A stretch of 63,790 nucleotides of DNA, the filler included, from Lenisia limosa (taxonomy: Eukaryota > Protista > Breviatea): assembly GCA_001655205.1 (NCBI GenBank). It is 12 parts of 12 records of this genome, joined end to end, with 100 filler letters (N's around TTAATTAATTAA, not from the genome) between each part and the next. Parts side by side here need not be neighbours in the genome. Positions count along the whole stretch, not along the records: positions 22,359 to 48,873 come from LPNZ01011451.1; positions 48,974 to 52,146 come from LPNZ01007069.1; positions 52,247 to 55,459 come from LPNZ01007908.1; positions 55,560 to 56,776 come from LPNZ01002714.1; positions 56,877 to 58,406 come from LPNZ01004621.1; 7 more parts are not named here. The stretch is one strand, 5' to 3'. The position numbers and the translations under genes were made by a program. Positions 44,768-58,294 of this stretch are shown here, piece by piece. The notes under the pieces are model-generated. The model was given only the letters and a program-made list of their open reading frames with translations, searched no databases and had not been told where the DNA came from. The first letter of the stretch is position 1. Each line of letters begins with the position of its first letter.

Positions 44768-46282
44768 TTAAACCAATCCGAGTCTCACATCAAGGTTCAT
44801 CAGAGATGCAAGATGGCTGATGGTCTTTTCGCGAAAGAAGCAGACTTGAGCATTGTCCTTTGTCTTAGCAGCCAGCTGACTAAAGTCGGTGCAGCGGTCC
44901 AAAGGGGACATCGCAAACACTGCCTGCCCGCCTACTGAATCAGAATTGTTATTCACAGCTCTGTTCATATCGGATTAGACGGAAGAGAAGGTGATGATTC
45001 CTCTGACCTGGCACCAAAATGTTGCTGATGGTTTGGAAAGTGTCACATGGGTCCTGTGTTAGTTCAACAGCTCCAGTGAACACCACAAAATCGAATTTCT
45101 TCTGGAGGGGTTCCATGAGTTATTACTTCTAACAGAGGCATTTATCATGATCCAAGTTTTGGAATTCAAATTATTTCATGTTGGGCAGTAGGTATGAATA
45201 TAAAAGTATAATAATCTGTTCTCCCACCTTCAATAAAGCCGTATCATTGAAGAACATGTCATCAAAATGCGCTATGGTATGACCTTTCGCTGAATCTGAA
45301 GACAACAAGGGGTCTAAAATGATAAGATTAAAGAGCATTCGTCTAGTCATACACATAATGTATATCATATAATGTTTAGCATATAATACCTTAAAACATA
45401 CATTGGCCACATCCATATTCCAGTCCTTCCAGTCCCTAAATAAGTGAACAGATTGAATCAAAAGTACCTTCGGTATCGATATATATGATGTATGATTCAC
45501 ACCCCTCCACAAACGTCGGTAGATGGCAGTTGGGTGAGAAGAAGATCCAAAACCGACGCCATTTTTTTTACCCGCTCGTCGCTGCCAAAACTGAAAACAT
45601 GAGATACAGTGTCAACTCTTTGCCTCACCACAATTCAGTACACAAGACATGATTCTAAGTATATAGTATGATGCTTAGATGAAAAAACAAAACAAAGAAA
45701 TAGTTTGAACCCTCCCGCAATATACAAACAGTACCGTTTGGCTTGAAGAATGTCTCTGCGCACTTCAGCGGAGGGAAAGCCCTGAGGGTCCATGAAGACA
45801 AGTCCGCAGTGGCCGCACTCAAAGTACAGGTTGCTGTCCGGTCTAGCCCAGCCCATTAGAACAAAAACGGTTATCAAGATGACTGAATGTTCTACCCATA
45901 AGAGTTTGAAACAGCATAAAAACAACTGTATTCTCTTGCCAGGGGGGGGGGGGGGGNNNNNNNNNNNNNNNNNNNNNNNNNNNNNNNNNNNNNNNNNNNN
46001 NNNNNNNNNNNNNNNNNNNNNNNNNNNNNNNNNNNNNNNNNNNNNNNNNNNNNNNNNNNNNNNNNNNNNNNNNNNNNNNNNNGTGCCTGAAAGAGTACTG
46101 AATAAACATGAAGAGCAATGTTTGCATCACAAGGAAAAGAGAAAGATCATCAGAATTTACCCCTCCAACTTTCTGCTGACATCAAGGAAGATAGCACAGT
46201 CAATGTCTTTGCATATTCTGCAGGGAGCCGTGACCTTCATTCGGTCGGAGTCATCAAGAGGTGGCGGTGAGGATGCAACCAT
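44768..46282 (-). CDS. Class I SAM-dependent methyltransferase with N-terminal CxxC...CxxC zinc finger (bacterial Methyltransf_23-like), multi-exon
   Basis: PCRIC...YFECGHCGLVFMDP, motif I GLEYGCG, HFDDMFFND, FDFVVFTGAVE..DP..TF..I..ILVPG and QVCFFREKTISHLA, spread over spliced exons. Confidence 0.7.
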
Positions 46283-46901
46283 TTCGAACTGATCTCTTTT
46301 CTTCTCTCCTTCCCCCTTTCCCGTCTTTTCTCTCTTAACCAAATACCTTTAGCCACTTAGCCACTTCTCAACAACCACCACAACACATATACACAGAATG
46401 AAACAAAAAAAAAAAATTGGGAGGGGAAAAAAAAAAACATTCAACCTCGCTCTCGACCTGGACACCCCGACTCTTTCCATCCTCCCAATGTCAATGGGGC
46501 AACAATGGGGACCTCAACAACACGAGCTCAAGAATTAAAGAATAGGTCTAATTAAAACCAACATATAATTAACATATGTTGAACATATGACAACGAACAA
46601 TTGTTGATTTCGGAACCCTTTTGCCTGTGTGTTTTTATTTATCGTTTGGCAATGTTGCTCTCTCTGTTGGGAAGAGGAGATATTTTTTCCCCTTTCTGAC
46701 GGAATTGAGTGTTGACGAGGCGACGAGGTAAATTTTCAATTTGATTTCAATTTATTAATTTAACACCTCCAGTGAGGGTGTGGTAGCAAGGTATAAGGCA
46801 AACGATAAGTTGCAAAACCCAAGGATAGACTACATTGTCCGCGATTTGAAAATACAAGTTACTACACATATATTAAAAACACAAAACCTGGGGGACTGAA
46901 A

Positions 46902-48820
46902 CTACACAGCAAAGGCTGGGAAATTGCGTTTCCTTAGCCTGTCAACCTCAGCACGAAGTCTCTCCAACTCCGCATTTTGGCCTTGAACCTTGTCTGCCAG
47001 CCTAAATCGGTAAAGCACGCAATCTTCAGCGAAACTTAATAACTCCATTACTTGATGATTACATATTTATATTAGGAATTCAGACTTGCCTTCATAATTA
47101 TAGCATCATAGATACCCCCCCCCCCACCNNNNNNNNNNNNNNNNNNNNNNNNNNNNNNNNNNNNNNNNNNNNNNNNNNNNNNNNNNNNNNNNNNNNNNNN
47201 NNNNNNNNNNNNNNNTCTTATCGGCGCGCGACTGCTGGGCGGCGTGGATGCTCTCCCTCTCTCTCACAAGCTGTCCGGCTTCACGGATGCGTTGCTGCGG
47301 GGTATGTGAACACGCAGAAATGGCACAGCCGAAACAAAAAAAAAACACCAAAAAAACAACAATCCGCCATCCTCACCTCCAATTTGGCATTTTCGGCAGC
47401 CTTGGCCTTTGCCGATCTCTTGGCCTGGGCCAAACGCTGTTTACGAGCCTGTAGTAGTCAGTGGTAGTCATAGAAAACTAACAAGAAAAATAAAAACATA
47501 ATGAAATGAGAGAAAAGAACAACCAAGCCAAGCCATAAGGGCTCTTAATACCTTTCACCCACCTCAATATTCCTGTTGTGGCTGATGGCAGCGTGGTCGA
47601 CTTGGCGTTCCAAAGCTGCTGTTTCTGAGGCTATCTTTTCGCTTCTAAACGTGTGACGTTACTTGAGGGTACTGAGATCTTATGATGTTGAGATGAGCAA
47701 CCACAACCAATCCAATACTACCCCCACCCAGCCCACCTGTTGCCTTGGATGGTTTCCTGCAAGTACTTGGTGACCCTCAGGAGTTGGAAGTCCCTAATCC
47801 TCAACTGCACGTCTTCGGCCTTGAAGTCGAGCATTTCAGCTTCCCAAGCCAGTAAGGCTTCATGCTGCTTCTCTGCCTCCAGCTCACGGATTTGGGCAAT
47901 CTGTAAAGTTACTCAACGCCTGTTCTTCCACTGGAACCATTTTTGTACCACTGGTGGTATTACTGTTTTTATTGCTCAAGTTTGTGCCCCGATATAAGTC
48001 CTATCTCAATCACCTTTTCCTCTCCTATCCGACTGATGAGCATATTCACAGTCTCAATTCGCCTGGAATGTTAGGCCGCAAGGAAGTTACAGATGCTGGT
48101 AAAAACCTGGCAAAAGCAACAAAATTATATTTGTGTATTACGGAAATACCTATTTCAGAAAAGGAAGGGGAGGGATCTTCAGAAATGGAAGGGAGGGATA
48201 AGAGGGAAGAAGTCAAATGCGAATGGTTAGTTGGGTTGTTGTGGAAATTTTACATTCTATACATTCAATAATGTTGAACACATACCCCTCCCACTCTCTG
48301 TCCATGAGATTTGCCTTTGAAAGGTCCAAGGAAACACCCACTGTTGACACTTCAACCTAAAGCCATAAAGTGAGGGGGAAAAAAGGGGCAAAGAATCAGT
48401 TTGTAAAGAAGGAGATGTCGAATGGACCCACTTGGCCCTGTCTCAACACTGGGTGCAGCATAAGATCGTAGGTGGCATGGTTTCGGCTCTCTCTGAATTC
48501 CGACAAGGAACGCAGAACCTGGGAGGGTAAGCCCATTTCACTACTGCAGTACAATATGCACGGTGAAATATAGATATTTATACACTTATCATTTTGCACC
48601 CCTACACGCCACCACTTATCAGCTACCCCATTGTTCTTTTCAAACCCTCACTTTTTCAGTAATAAACTGAACAAAGAAGAAAACACCGCTTGTATAGACT
48701 GGATCTAGGAGTCCCCTGATTCCCCTCTCACATGCTCAATCTCTGCTCTGTGTGCATCATCATCGGCCTCCATAGAGGCCTGGAACTTCTGCATTTCTTG
48801 GAGGACTGCCGCCCTGCACC
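46902..48820 (-). CDS. CFAP43: C-terminal exons of cilia/flagella-associated protein 43 (WDR96), 5' part beyond scaffold end
   Basis: LHPVLRQGQV, LLAWEAEMLDFKAEDVQLRIRDFQLLRVTKYLQ and terminal ELERLRAEVDRLRKRNFPAFAV* match the recalled CFAP43 C-terminus. Confidence 0.78.
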
Positions 48821-50644
48821 CGTCAGAAATGACAATAATAATAAAAAAAAAAAAACAATGAGGGGGGGGGGGGNNNNNNNNNNNNNNNNNNNNNNNNNNN
48901 NNNNNNNNNNNNNNNNNTTAATTAATTAANNNNNNNNNNNNNNNNNNNNNNNNNNNNNNNNNNNNNNNNNNNNTAATCTCCCCCCCCCCCGCAGGTTAGA
49001 GTTCTGAACGTAGCTCTCAGTGCTGAGGAGCTAATGAGCATCGTCGCCGCCGGACCCTCTGAGAAGGTATAGTGGGGGCACTCCGATTATTTTTCTTCTT
49101 TTTTTTCTTTTCTTTTTTTCTTTCTTTTTTTAAGATAAGGCAGAGTGGGCCTCCGATTTCTTCTTCTTCTTCTTTTTTGTTTTCTTTCGATTTTTTAGAG
49201 TGGGCCCTGTGATAATGTGGAGATCCAATTTGTCTTGTTAGTGTGATGGTGTCTATGACAATCGACCAGATACTACCAAAAAAATCTCATCTCTACGAAA
49301 TGGGGGGGGGGTATAACAGTATTGTATTTGGTGCTTTATAATTTTTCATCCCCCCCCCTCCCCTCCCCAATTAAATCTTTTCACAAATTTCTTCCTTTTT
49401 TTCTCCGTTTTTATATTTTTTAATTGTATTTTCATAAACTGTCCACTCAAACTCCCCCCAGTCCTTCTTCCCCTCAAAGCTGGTTATGGCGCTGTCCCCG
49501 GCGGAGGAGTCCATCACTCCCACTTTCTCAGCTGCTCATCTCACTGTTAAAATCTAGGCTCTTCTTTTCTCATTTGTGTTACACCTCCTTCTTGAAACGG
49601 TTTCAATACATTTGTATAGTCATAGTCCTCTTTAGAATTGTCCTCATTTCTCATTTAACATTTTCATATTTAAGTTGTGCATGAACGAATCCTGAATAAA
49701 TTGAGGAAACCGGCCCAACATCCCTCCGAACTCTTTCAGTGCACAAAATCACCCATAGAGAGTTTGTTTTGGTGTCATTGAAAGTATAGCATAATAAAAA
49801 TAGATACCTGACCGAACGGCTTAATCGGGAACCTCTGCGTATACAGATACACTTCAATAAACCGGTAAAGCCTGTCTACTGTTACGAAACTGAAAGTTTG
49901 TTCAAGTNNNNNNNNNNNNNNNNNNNNNNNNNNNNNNNNNNNNNNNNNNNNNNNNNNNNNNNNNNNNNNNNNNNNNNNNNNNNNNNNNNNNNNNNNNNNN
50001 NNNNNNNNNNNNNNNNNNNNNNNNNNNNNNNNNNNNNNNNNNNNNNNNNNNNNNNNNNNNNNNNNNNNNNNNNNNNNNNNNNNNNNNNNNAACTCTTAAA
50101 CAAAGAAAACAAAAGCAAAACTGTTACAAAAAGCGTACCGCCATCAATTCGATCAGAGAAGATTCAGTTTTCTAATAGCTAGAACAGGTCATGAATAGTG
50201 TAGAAATGAGAAATAAATCATCCACGAACCATAAAATATCACATCAACCAACCCTAGACTTATCAACTTATGATGAAAAATAATGTAATATAGAGGGGAA
50301 ATAAGACAAGGTTATCGATATCATATGTATAAATAAAACATGTCAAAAAAGTATACAAAATAATCCACCCACCTTTATATTGATCTGGCAGCTCCTGAAG
50401 GGCGGCAATGGCAAATTCAACCTAAAATGCCGTAAGTCCAATTTTAATAAATCAAGAAAAAACAGAATACACTCTCACCACTCTGATATTTTCAAAAAAT
50501 TCAAGACAAAGAATACATCATGTGGGCTTCACTTCGGTTCGAAAAAAACACTGAATTGCTCGAAAAATCTTCGAAAATTATCGATATTTTACCGGTTTTT
50601 CGAACAGAAGTGAAGCCCAATTAACTAGGTAGTAAATCCCATTC

Positions 50645-51800
50645 CCCCACTTCGATATTTTCGGCCTTTCGTGCGATTTCGGTGTAATTCACAAATTGGA
50701 AGTTGTCAAACGCTCTCTGCGGCAACTCATCGTCAAACTCCTCCATCAGATCCCATGGTCCGTCACCAACGCCAATGCAGATAATACTGCAAGTAGTGTT
50801 ACTAATGTAAGGAGAAATTAATCCCACTCAATAAATATTCTGCTCCTGACGAAAAGATAACGAAAAAAATATTAGTGGGGGTACAAACCTGAGAGGGTAT
50901 TTTGACGCCTTCACAATTGCGTTGCGCGTTTGCCTCTCGTTTGTCACTGCACCATCGCAAATAATCACCAAAATATGGTAGCCCTGGGGGAGTAAAAATG
51001 GAAAATTTCTAAGAAAATAAAAAAATAGTTGGCTGCAACACGAGGGTTAAAAACAACAAAACATACTAAGACCTGGGGAGTAAAGTGAAGGAAAGTTCAA
51101 CGACAATAAACAGCTTCTAATCATGAACTGAATAATCAAAAACAACAAGAGAAAAAAAGTATTCAAGCACATGGAAACAAACTTTGAAACTAGAACCTCA
51201 TTCCATTATTTGATCATTTGCACCACCCTCCCCCCACGTTATTTTTTGCCAGCTCAATTGCCTTTTCAATTGCGGGAGCAAAGTTTGTAGGTCCGCTGAG
51301 TTTAATACCTGAGGTAATCTCGTTGTATCTTGTCAGGACCTATGGGGGGGGGGGGGNNNNNNNNNNNNNNNNNNNNNNNNNNNNNNNNNNNNNNNNNNNN
51401 NNNNNNNNNNNNNNNNNNNNNNNNNNNNNNNGGGGGGAGTACAATTGGAAAATTCACCAAACAAAAAAACCAAAATCAACTCTGTTAGCTGGCAACACAC
51501 GAGTTGAGAAAGCCAAACAAACAAAACCCAGGCCAGTCAATTCTGCACCGCATAAAATTGTTCAAAACACATGAGCATTATAATTCCTATCTTATTATGT
51601 AGTTAAAATCCACTAGCACTGTCAACAAATATCAATAAATACACAGGAAATCAGAGTAAAAAGAATGTTACCCCTCAGAGTACACCGCACCCAATAAATA
51701 CTGAAAAACAAGGGAAAAGAATGCCCCCCCCCCACGTCTTCGAGACCTTCACAGGGGCGATTGGAGTAAAAGGGGAAGACGCTTCGATCCTGATGTAATC
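50645..51800 (-). CDS. Copine/RGLG-type vWA domain protein, internal exons
   Basis: [88 protein letters not shown]. Confidence 0.85.
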
Positions 51801-52007
51801 AGTCAAGGACTCGGATAAAAAGGAGTTAATTTATTTATGGGGGGTAGGCTTCACTTGGTAAAATATTGATAGTTTTCGAGGATTTAACGAGAAATGCAGT
51901 CTTTTTTTTAACCAAAGTAAAACCCTAGAATCAATGAAATAGGGACAGTAAGTAAATATGAAACACTAACAACATACACACACTGTAAACATATTTTAGA
52001 GTAAATA

Positions 52008-52146
52008 CACTACGGCGCATCGACTTGGAATTCTTGTCAAAAAGTTGGAATTCCCATATTTTACATGGGAATCCCATGTAGTTTTATGAAAATTTGAAGA
52101 AATTTATGGGATTCCCACATAATACGAATCCCAAGTCGATGCGCCG
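52008..52146. mobile_element. Palindromic MITE-like element with perfect 16-bp TIR CGGCGCATCGACTTGG, preceded by CACTA, right end at scaffold edge
   Basis: 52013-52028 and 52131-52146 are exact reverse complements, with internal GGGA(A/T)TCCCA repeats. Confidence 0.65.
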
Positions 52147-55100
52147 NNNNNNNNNNNNNNNNNNNNNNNNNNNNNNNNNNNNNNNNNNNNTTAATTAATT
52201 AANNNNNNNNNNNNNNNNNNNNNNNNNNNNNNNNNNNNNNNNNNNNTTGCGAGAGGGCTGAGTCCAAAATCAAACTCTTTCCCTAAGGCATAAGAGGGGG
52301 GGGGGGAGTAAAATTGGAAAATTTCTGAAACAAGAAAACCCAAATTAACTCTGTTGGCTGACAACACACAAGGGTTGATAACACCAAACAAAGCCAAGGC
52401 AAGTCGCTTCTGCAGCACCGAGGGTAAATTAGATATAAAACCTTCAAAAAAACGCAGATTCAACTATATTCAAATCACCCCCCCCCGGGATAGATACACA
52501 TTCGGGAGGGGGGGGGGGGCAAAAAAAATTCTGTAAAAGAAAAAGANNNNNNNNNNNNNNNNNNNNNNNNNNNNNNNNNNNNNNNNNNNNNNNNNNNNNN
52601 NNNNNNNNNNNNNNNNNNNNNNNNNNNNNNNNNNACCAATAAAATATCAATAGTTTTCGAAGATTTATCGAGAAATTCAGTCATTACGAACCGAAGAGAA
52701 GAACAATATATGAGAAGCAGTGACTGGAGGGGATATATAATGAGGATTAAAAGAATGGAATTGAAACAGAAAACCAAAGATTCAACTTTGATAAAATCAA
52801 ACTCTCTCCCACTGGCATCATTGAGGAGGGGGGAGAAAATTACAATTTAGAGGAGGTGGGGGTAAGAATAACTTCTTCCAGAATCAATGCCTTTAGCTTT
52901 CATTTGAGAAACAGAAAGCAAAGCACTTCATACATCCTGATGTAGCACCTCTGTGCCTTTTCCATCTTTTTGATGACATACACATTGTCCATCATTATCA
53001 TGAAATATACTTCCTTTCTATACCTTTGTCTGGTTTGTCTTCTCCATGAAGAGAAGAGCAGCCTGTCGAACTTCTTCCGATTCTTCAAAATCGGAACTAA
53101 ATGTACCTAAAAGCAAAGTCAAATGGTATTTGAAGCTTCAAAAAAGCTTGCTTCTTCTCTTTGGGTGGGGTGGTATTTTGGAAAAATGTTCCTATTTGCA
53201 AACCGACATTAGATTTTGTTCAAAAGAACTTCACTTAATTTGTTCTGTAATATGACATGACCCCCTCCCCTCCCCCTTAATAATTTGGTTTCTTCTTTAT
53301 GCCTCCTCGTTCTCAATCAACAATTGTTGTTATAATGTGTTAGCTGCCAAGTGTTTGATTGTATATTGTTGTTTGTTTTGTTAAAATAGATTTCATAACC
53401 CCTCTTCCACACCTTTGATTTTGTACTTGTTCCATTGACGATCCGTCCCCACACCCTAACTCACGGGATTTGGCCTTGGAAATTTTGGAGAGGATTTTAG
53501 GCAGACGTTTCACCAGACCCAACTTTTCAGCAGGCCTTACATGGGGATCGTTAGCTCCACTTGCGCACACTGTAACATAAGATTAGCGCTTTTCTGAATA
53601 ACATAACACTTCGAATATGGCCGTTGTGAAAATAATTATTGAAACAAAAGGAAAAACAAAAAAAAAAAAAAAAAAANNNNNNNNNNNNNNNNNNNNNNNN
53701 NNNNNNNNNNNNNNNNNNNNNNNNNNNNNNNNNNNNNNNNNNNNNNNNNNNNNNNNNNNNNNNNNNNNNNNNNNNNNNNNNNNNNNNNNNNNNNNNNNNN
53801 NNNNNNNNNNNNNNNNNNNNNNNNNNNNNNNNNNNNNNNNNNTAAAATGGGAACATGTAAAAAAAAAAGCCCAAATCAACTATGTTGACTGACAGCACAC
53901 GAGGCTTAAAAACAATAAAACAAACAAAGCCAAGGCCAGCTGCTGGGTGCCCCCCCCAGTTATCTCAGGAGTTTTCTACTTTTATTTGATTTCCTTCCCC
54001 AAATAAAAATGCCCACTTCCCACCTCAGGAGTCGTGATAAGACGCGCGCAGCTTCGCGGTATAGCTTCAGACGTTCATACGCAGCAACTATAGCGTCGTG
54101 AAATGTGTAGCAAATAGGCAAAATGCAATGATATCAACAATAAAGTCACACAATGACAAGACACTGCAAAGTGATGTAATGTGAAGCAAATATGGGAGCA
54201 TGCAATGCAGCCAACTATGCATAACTATTTACTAAGTCATAAAATGGTAGCAACTACAAGTCACGAAATGACAAGAAACTATCACAAGATAGGGCTTGAA
54301 TTCGGTTCGGAAAATTGATCGTTTTTAGAAAACTATCGAAATGCTACTGTTTCTCCTGTCAAATAAAAAAACAGAAGAAAAAAAATTGTATGGTAAAAAA
54401 ACTAACCCGAGTGATGTATAGCAACAATGTCTCGCCAGTATGATGAGTGTCTAAAATGTTAGGAAGAGTGGATTGATAGCTGGTGCTTCCCTACAGTCCG
54501 AAAAAGACTGGTAAAATATCGATTTTATCGAGGATTTTTCGAAAAAAAGAGTCTTTAGAAGTTCAATATGTAACAAACAGCGATGCTTTATCATATCATT
54601 GCGTGGGAAACGCGTGTTCACCCGTGTGAAAAAGTCCCAAAAAGTGACATAATACCACAAAACTGGCAACCTAAGGATATAGCTTCGCACTGGAGGAAAC
54701 TCTGGCGGAGCATTTACGGGGGAAATTAACGGGACGGTACAGGGTAATTCAGCTAGCTCGTCACAACAGGCTTCCATAGCCTCATGTAAGGGCAACCCTT
54801 CTGGAATATTAAAAAAACAATATCTATCTGTAATTTATCATTCTTGTCTCTAAATAGTGTATTCTATTCTTATTTGATAATAATAATAATAATAATAATA
54901 AATCAATTTTGGGCATCAAAAATAAGAACTTTTAAAAAAAAGCAGTCCACAAATTACAAGATTTGAAGATTGGAACATTTTTTACTTCTGTTCCACAAAA
55001 ATCTAGTGTAATATATATTGGTATAAGATATGTAGAGATGGGAACTATAAAAAAGATACGTCGAAGCCGTCGACACCACCAGAATAGTACCCTCACCTAC

Positions 55101-56199
55101 TACCTTGGACTAAAATTGGCATGTTCCACTTGGTGAATTGGGTTTGAGGAGGGCCCTCACAGTCTCTGAGTAACAACTCAGCTGAAGAGAGGAAGCCGCC
55201 AACTCTGACAAAGATAACTGTATGTGATGGTGTGAACGGCTTCGTTCAGATTCTTTAATCCAATATCTCTGCTAAGCAATATAGTGTGAACAGCTCCGGC
55301 CAGATACAACCTTGTTTTATTCTCATGTCTATCTAATATGATATTCTGAGATGAGAAATAAAACGTGTGATAATGACCGAAAAAGTTATGATTATTGAAC
55401 AATATGCCACATCAATTAAGGCACAACTCGGGCTTTATTCTGATCCAGCGAAGGACTAANNNNNNNNNNNNNNNNNNNNNNNNNNNNNNNNNNNNNNNNN
55501 NNNTTAATTAATTAANNNNNNNNNNNNNNNNNNNNNNNNNNNNNNNNNNNNNNNNNNNNGGGGGGGGGGGCTACTGTTCATGAATCGTATCCACCTTTAA
55601 GCTGATAAACTTACGCAATAGGAGGGCCGTGTCTTGTGACTCCCTCCACCACATTCGCCTGGGACCTTTTTGACCATCTCGAGGCCAGTCATACCGAATT
55701 GTAGGGACAGTTCATCTTTAACTTGCAAATATTATGTCAATAGACTTAGTTATTCTCTGTAGTATGGTACGTTTCTTGATAGTTTTCCATATAACTCTAT
55801 TTTTAACTGTCCTCGCAAAACCAATGAGCACTGTAATTGTCATTAGGTTTAACTGCGCACAACGAAGCGAAATTCGTGCCTTCCTCTCCAACTTTTCCGC
55901 CAAACGTGGTATTTGGGTAATACAATATTGATACCTGTAGTGAAATTACCTTTTTGGGCAGGGGATTTAGTGAAGATATTTTCTATCTTTTTTCTTTCTT
56001 TGAACAAAAATCCCACTTTTCAGATGCAAGTCAGTCACTGCTGCTCTCGGGAGAACATGGAGAGGGAAAGGTATGTTCCTTGGTTTCCTTGTTAACAGGT
56101 TTATTTAACTTTGAATATGTCTTTTGATCCTCCAATCCATTGTTATTTATTTAAAATGCAGCTTAAGGTTTGGATAACGACACGTATTATATTATCTGG

Positions 56200-56375
56200 T
56201 TAATTGCTTGTACCCCCAGAAAACCCTCGTGACATCCCTCTGCCAAAGCCTGAACCTGCCCTTTGTTGTGATAGACCGGCACCTTCTCCTCAAACACCGT
56301 CCCAATGCGGTGGACAGCGCTGTAGACCTCATTCTGAGGTAGGCTTCGTGCTGCGACAACAATCTCGACTAGCAC
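56200..56375 (-). CDS. Possible class 3 lipase exon
   Basis: ALAEGCHEGFLG resembles the lipase-3 V/C-H-x-G-F motif. The catalytic GxSxG motif was not seen. Confidence 0.25.
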
Positions 56376-58161
56376 TCTTCTGTATGCTAGCTTTAATGCT
56401 GAATTAGATAGAAAATAAATAAGCAGAACTTAAGACAGGCAAATAATCCATATATTTTATTATTTTGCATATCTTGATAAATTAACTCTACTTCTGTAAT
56501 GGGGTGTCCGTAGTCGCTATGTCAACCTGTTTTGATTCGTTCACTCACAATGACAGAAATGTGGTTCCCGGGGGGCCCTGTGTGCTAATCTTCAATCACC
56601 TGCACCATCTGGCACCCCAAATGGAGGCAGACACGCGGGTCCTGGCAGCACTTTTATCAGCCCTGACTGGCACGGCTCGGAAGGATCCCGATACTACCCG
56701 GTGGCAGGCGGCATTGGACAAGTCCCGGTGTGGGCAACGGACCGATTATATCCACTATGCCTCAAGCATGGCTCAGNNNNNNNNNNNNNNNNNNNNNNNN
56801 NNNNNNNNNNNNNNNNNNNNTTAATTAATTAANNNNNNNNNNNNNNNNNNNNNNNNNNNNNNNNNNNNNNNNNNNNAACAGAGTTGATTTGGGCTGTTTT
56901 GTTTCATAAATTTTCCAATTTAAAATATTCTTCATCGAAATTTCCTTCGTTTTACTCCCCCCTCCCCAAGATCTGAACATAATGGGCCTCTTATTATACC
57001 TCCCCCGCAGACATTAAGAACTGAACTTATCCGAGCCGACCACCACGTGCTGCACAATGCCAGTGTGGCAAAGGCGTTTCACCTCGACTTGGCGCGCTAT
57101 GTGTTTGACCATGGTGCCAAATGCCGAACCAAATACGACAAAACCGGTCTGGGAGTAATTTATCGATATATTTCGAGAAATTTCGATTTGACGGTCTATT
57201 TTCGGACAGTTTATCAGCTGTTTCCAGTAGTTGACGTTTCCACCTGATAAAAACCTGGAAATAGCTGTTTCGAATCCAACTTCTCAGTATACTACTCTCT
57301 CTTTGTTTTGTCCTAATAATTTTGATTCCTCCGTTCACTTTTTTTTCCTGCTGAACACCTGGTAGGATCGGAAGCCGTTGCGCTGCAGTTGGCTGCCTCG
57401 TGTACTGAGGCTCAAGAAGCCGCCAACAGCCTGACCGCCTCCATGGCCAAAAAGGTNNNNNNNNNNNNNNNNNNNNNNNNNNNNNNNNNNNNNNNNNNNN
57501 NNNNNNNNNNNNNNNNNNNNNNNNNNNNNNNNNNNNNNNNNNNNNNNNNNNNNTATCGATAGTTTGACCATCATTATTGTCAGGTGCTTGGGGGTGGATT
57601 TTGGAATTAATCTTATTTCACACACAGAGATACAGACACACAGATACATATCTACATATAAATACACAGACACACTCACACCCACTATCATATCATAATC
57701 TCGATATGTATTTTATTCTTAATCCATGTTACTTTTTTTGTTTTGTTTGGAGTTTCAGATTATTCGGTTTGTGATTAGTCCTTTACGCCAATATTCTTCA
57801 TCAAAATCTCCTTCATTTACCCCCCCCCCCCAGGCCAACATAGGCAGCCGGTTGAAGCAGGTTGAAAAGAAGGCAAGAGCNNNNNNNNNNNNNNNNNNNN
57901 NNNNNNNNNNNNNNNNNNNNNNNNNNNNNNNNNNNNNNNNNNNNNNNNNNNNNNNNNNNNNNNNNNNNNNNNNNNNNNNNNTAAACAATTATTGAAAATT
58001 ATCGATATTTTACCTGTAGTTTTCGAGCCGAAGCGAAGCCCTATGTATAATTCGGGGATGTATGTAAATATGGCGGCGGGGGAGGGAGGTTCAGGATAGT
58101 AATTAAATTTTTTATTAATTACAATTTCACCGCTTTGAGGCACAATTATGACTATGTCACC

Positions 58162-58294
58162 TAGGGCTCCGTGCAATTAATTTTTTAAATAATAAAAATT
58201 GACAAAATTAGAATTAAAGTGTCTGAAATGGCGCTCTTACCATATGTCCCCTTTAAATTGAAATTAATTTTTCAATTAATTGCACGGAGACGTA
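58162..58294. mobile_element. MITE (family 3, TIR TAGGGCTCCGTGCAATTAATT)
   Basis: The right end AATTAATTGCACGGAGACGTA is an imperfect inverted copy. A second full copy lies at 63474-63611. Confidence 0.7.
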
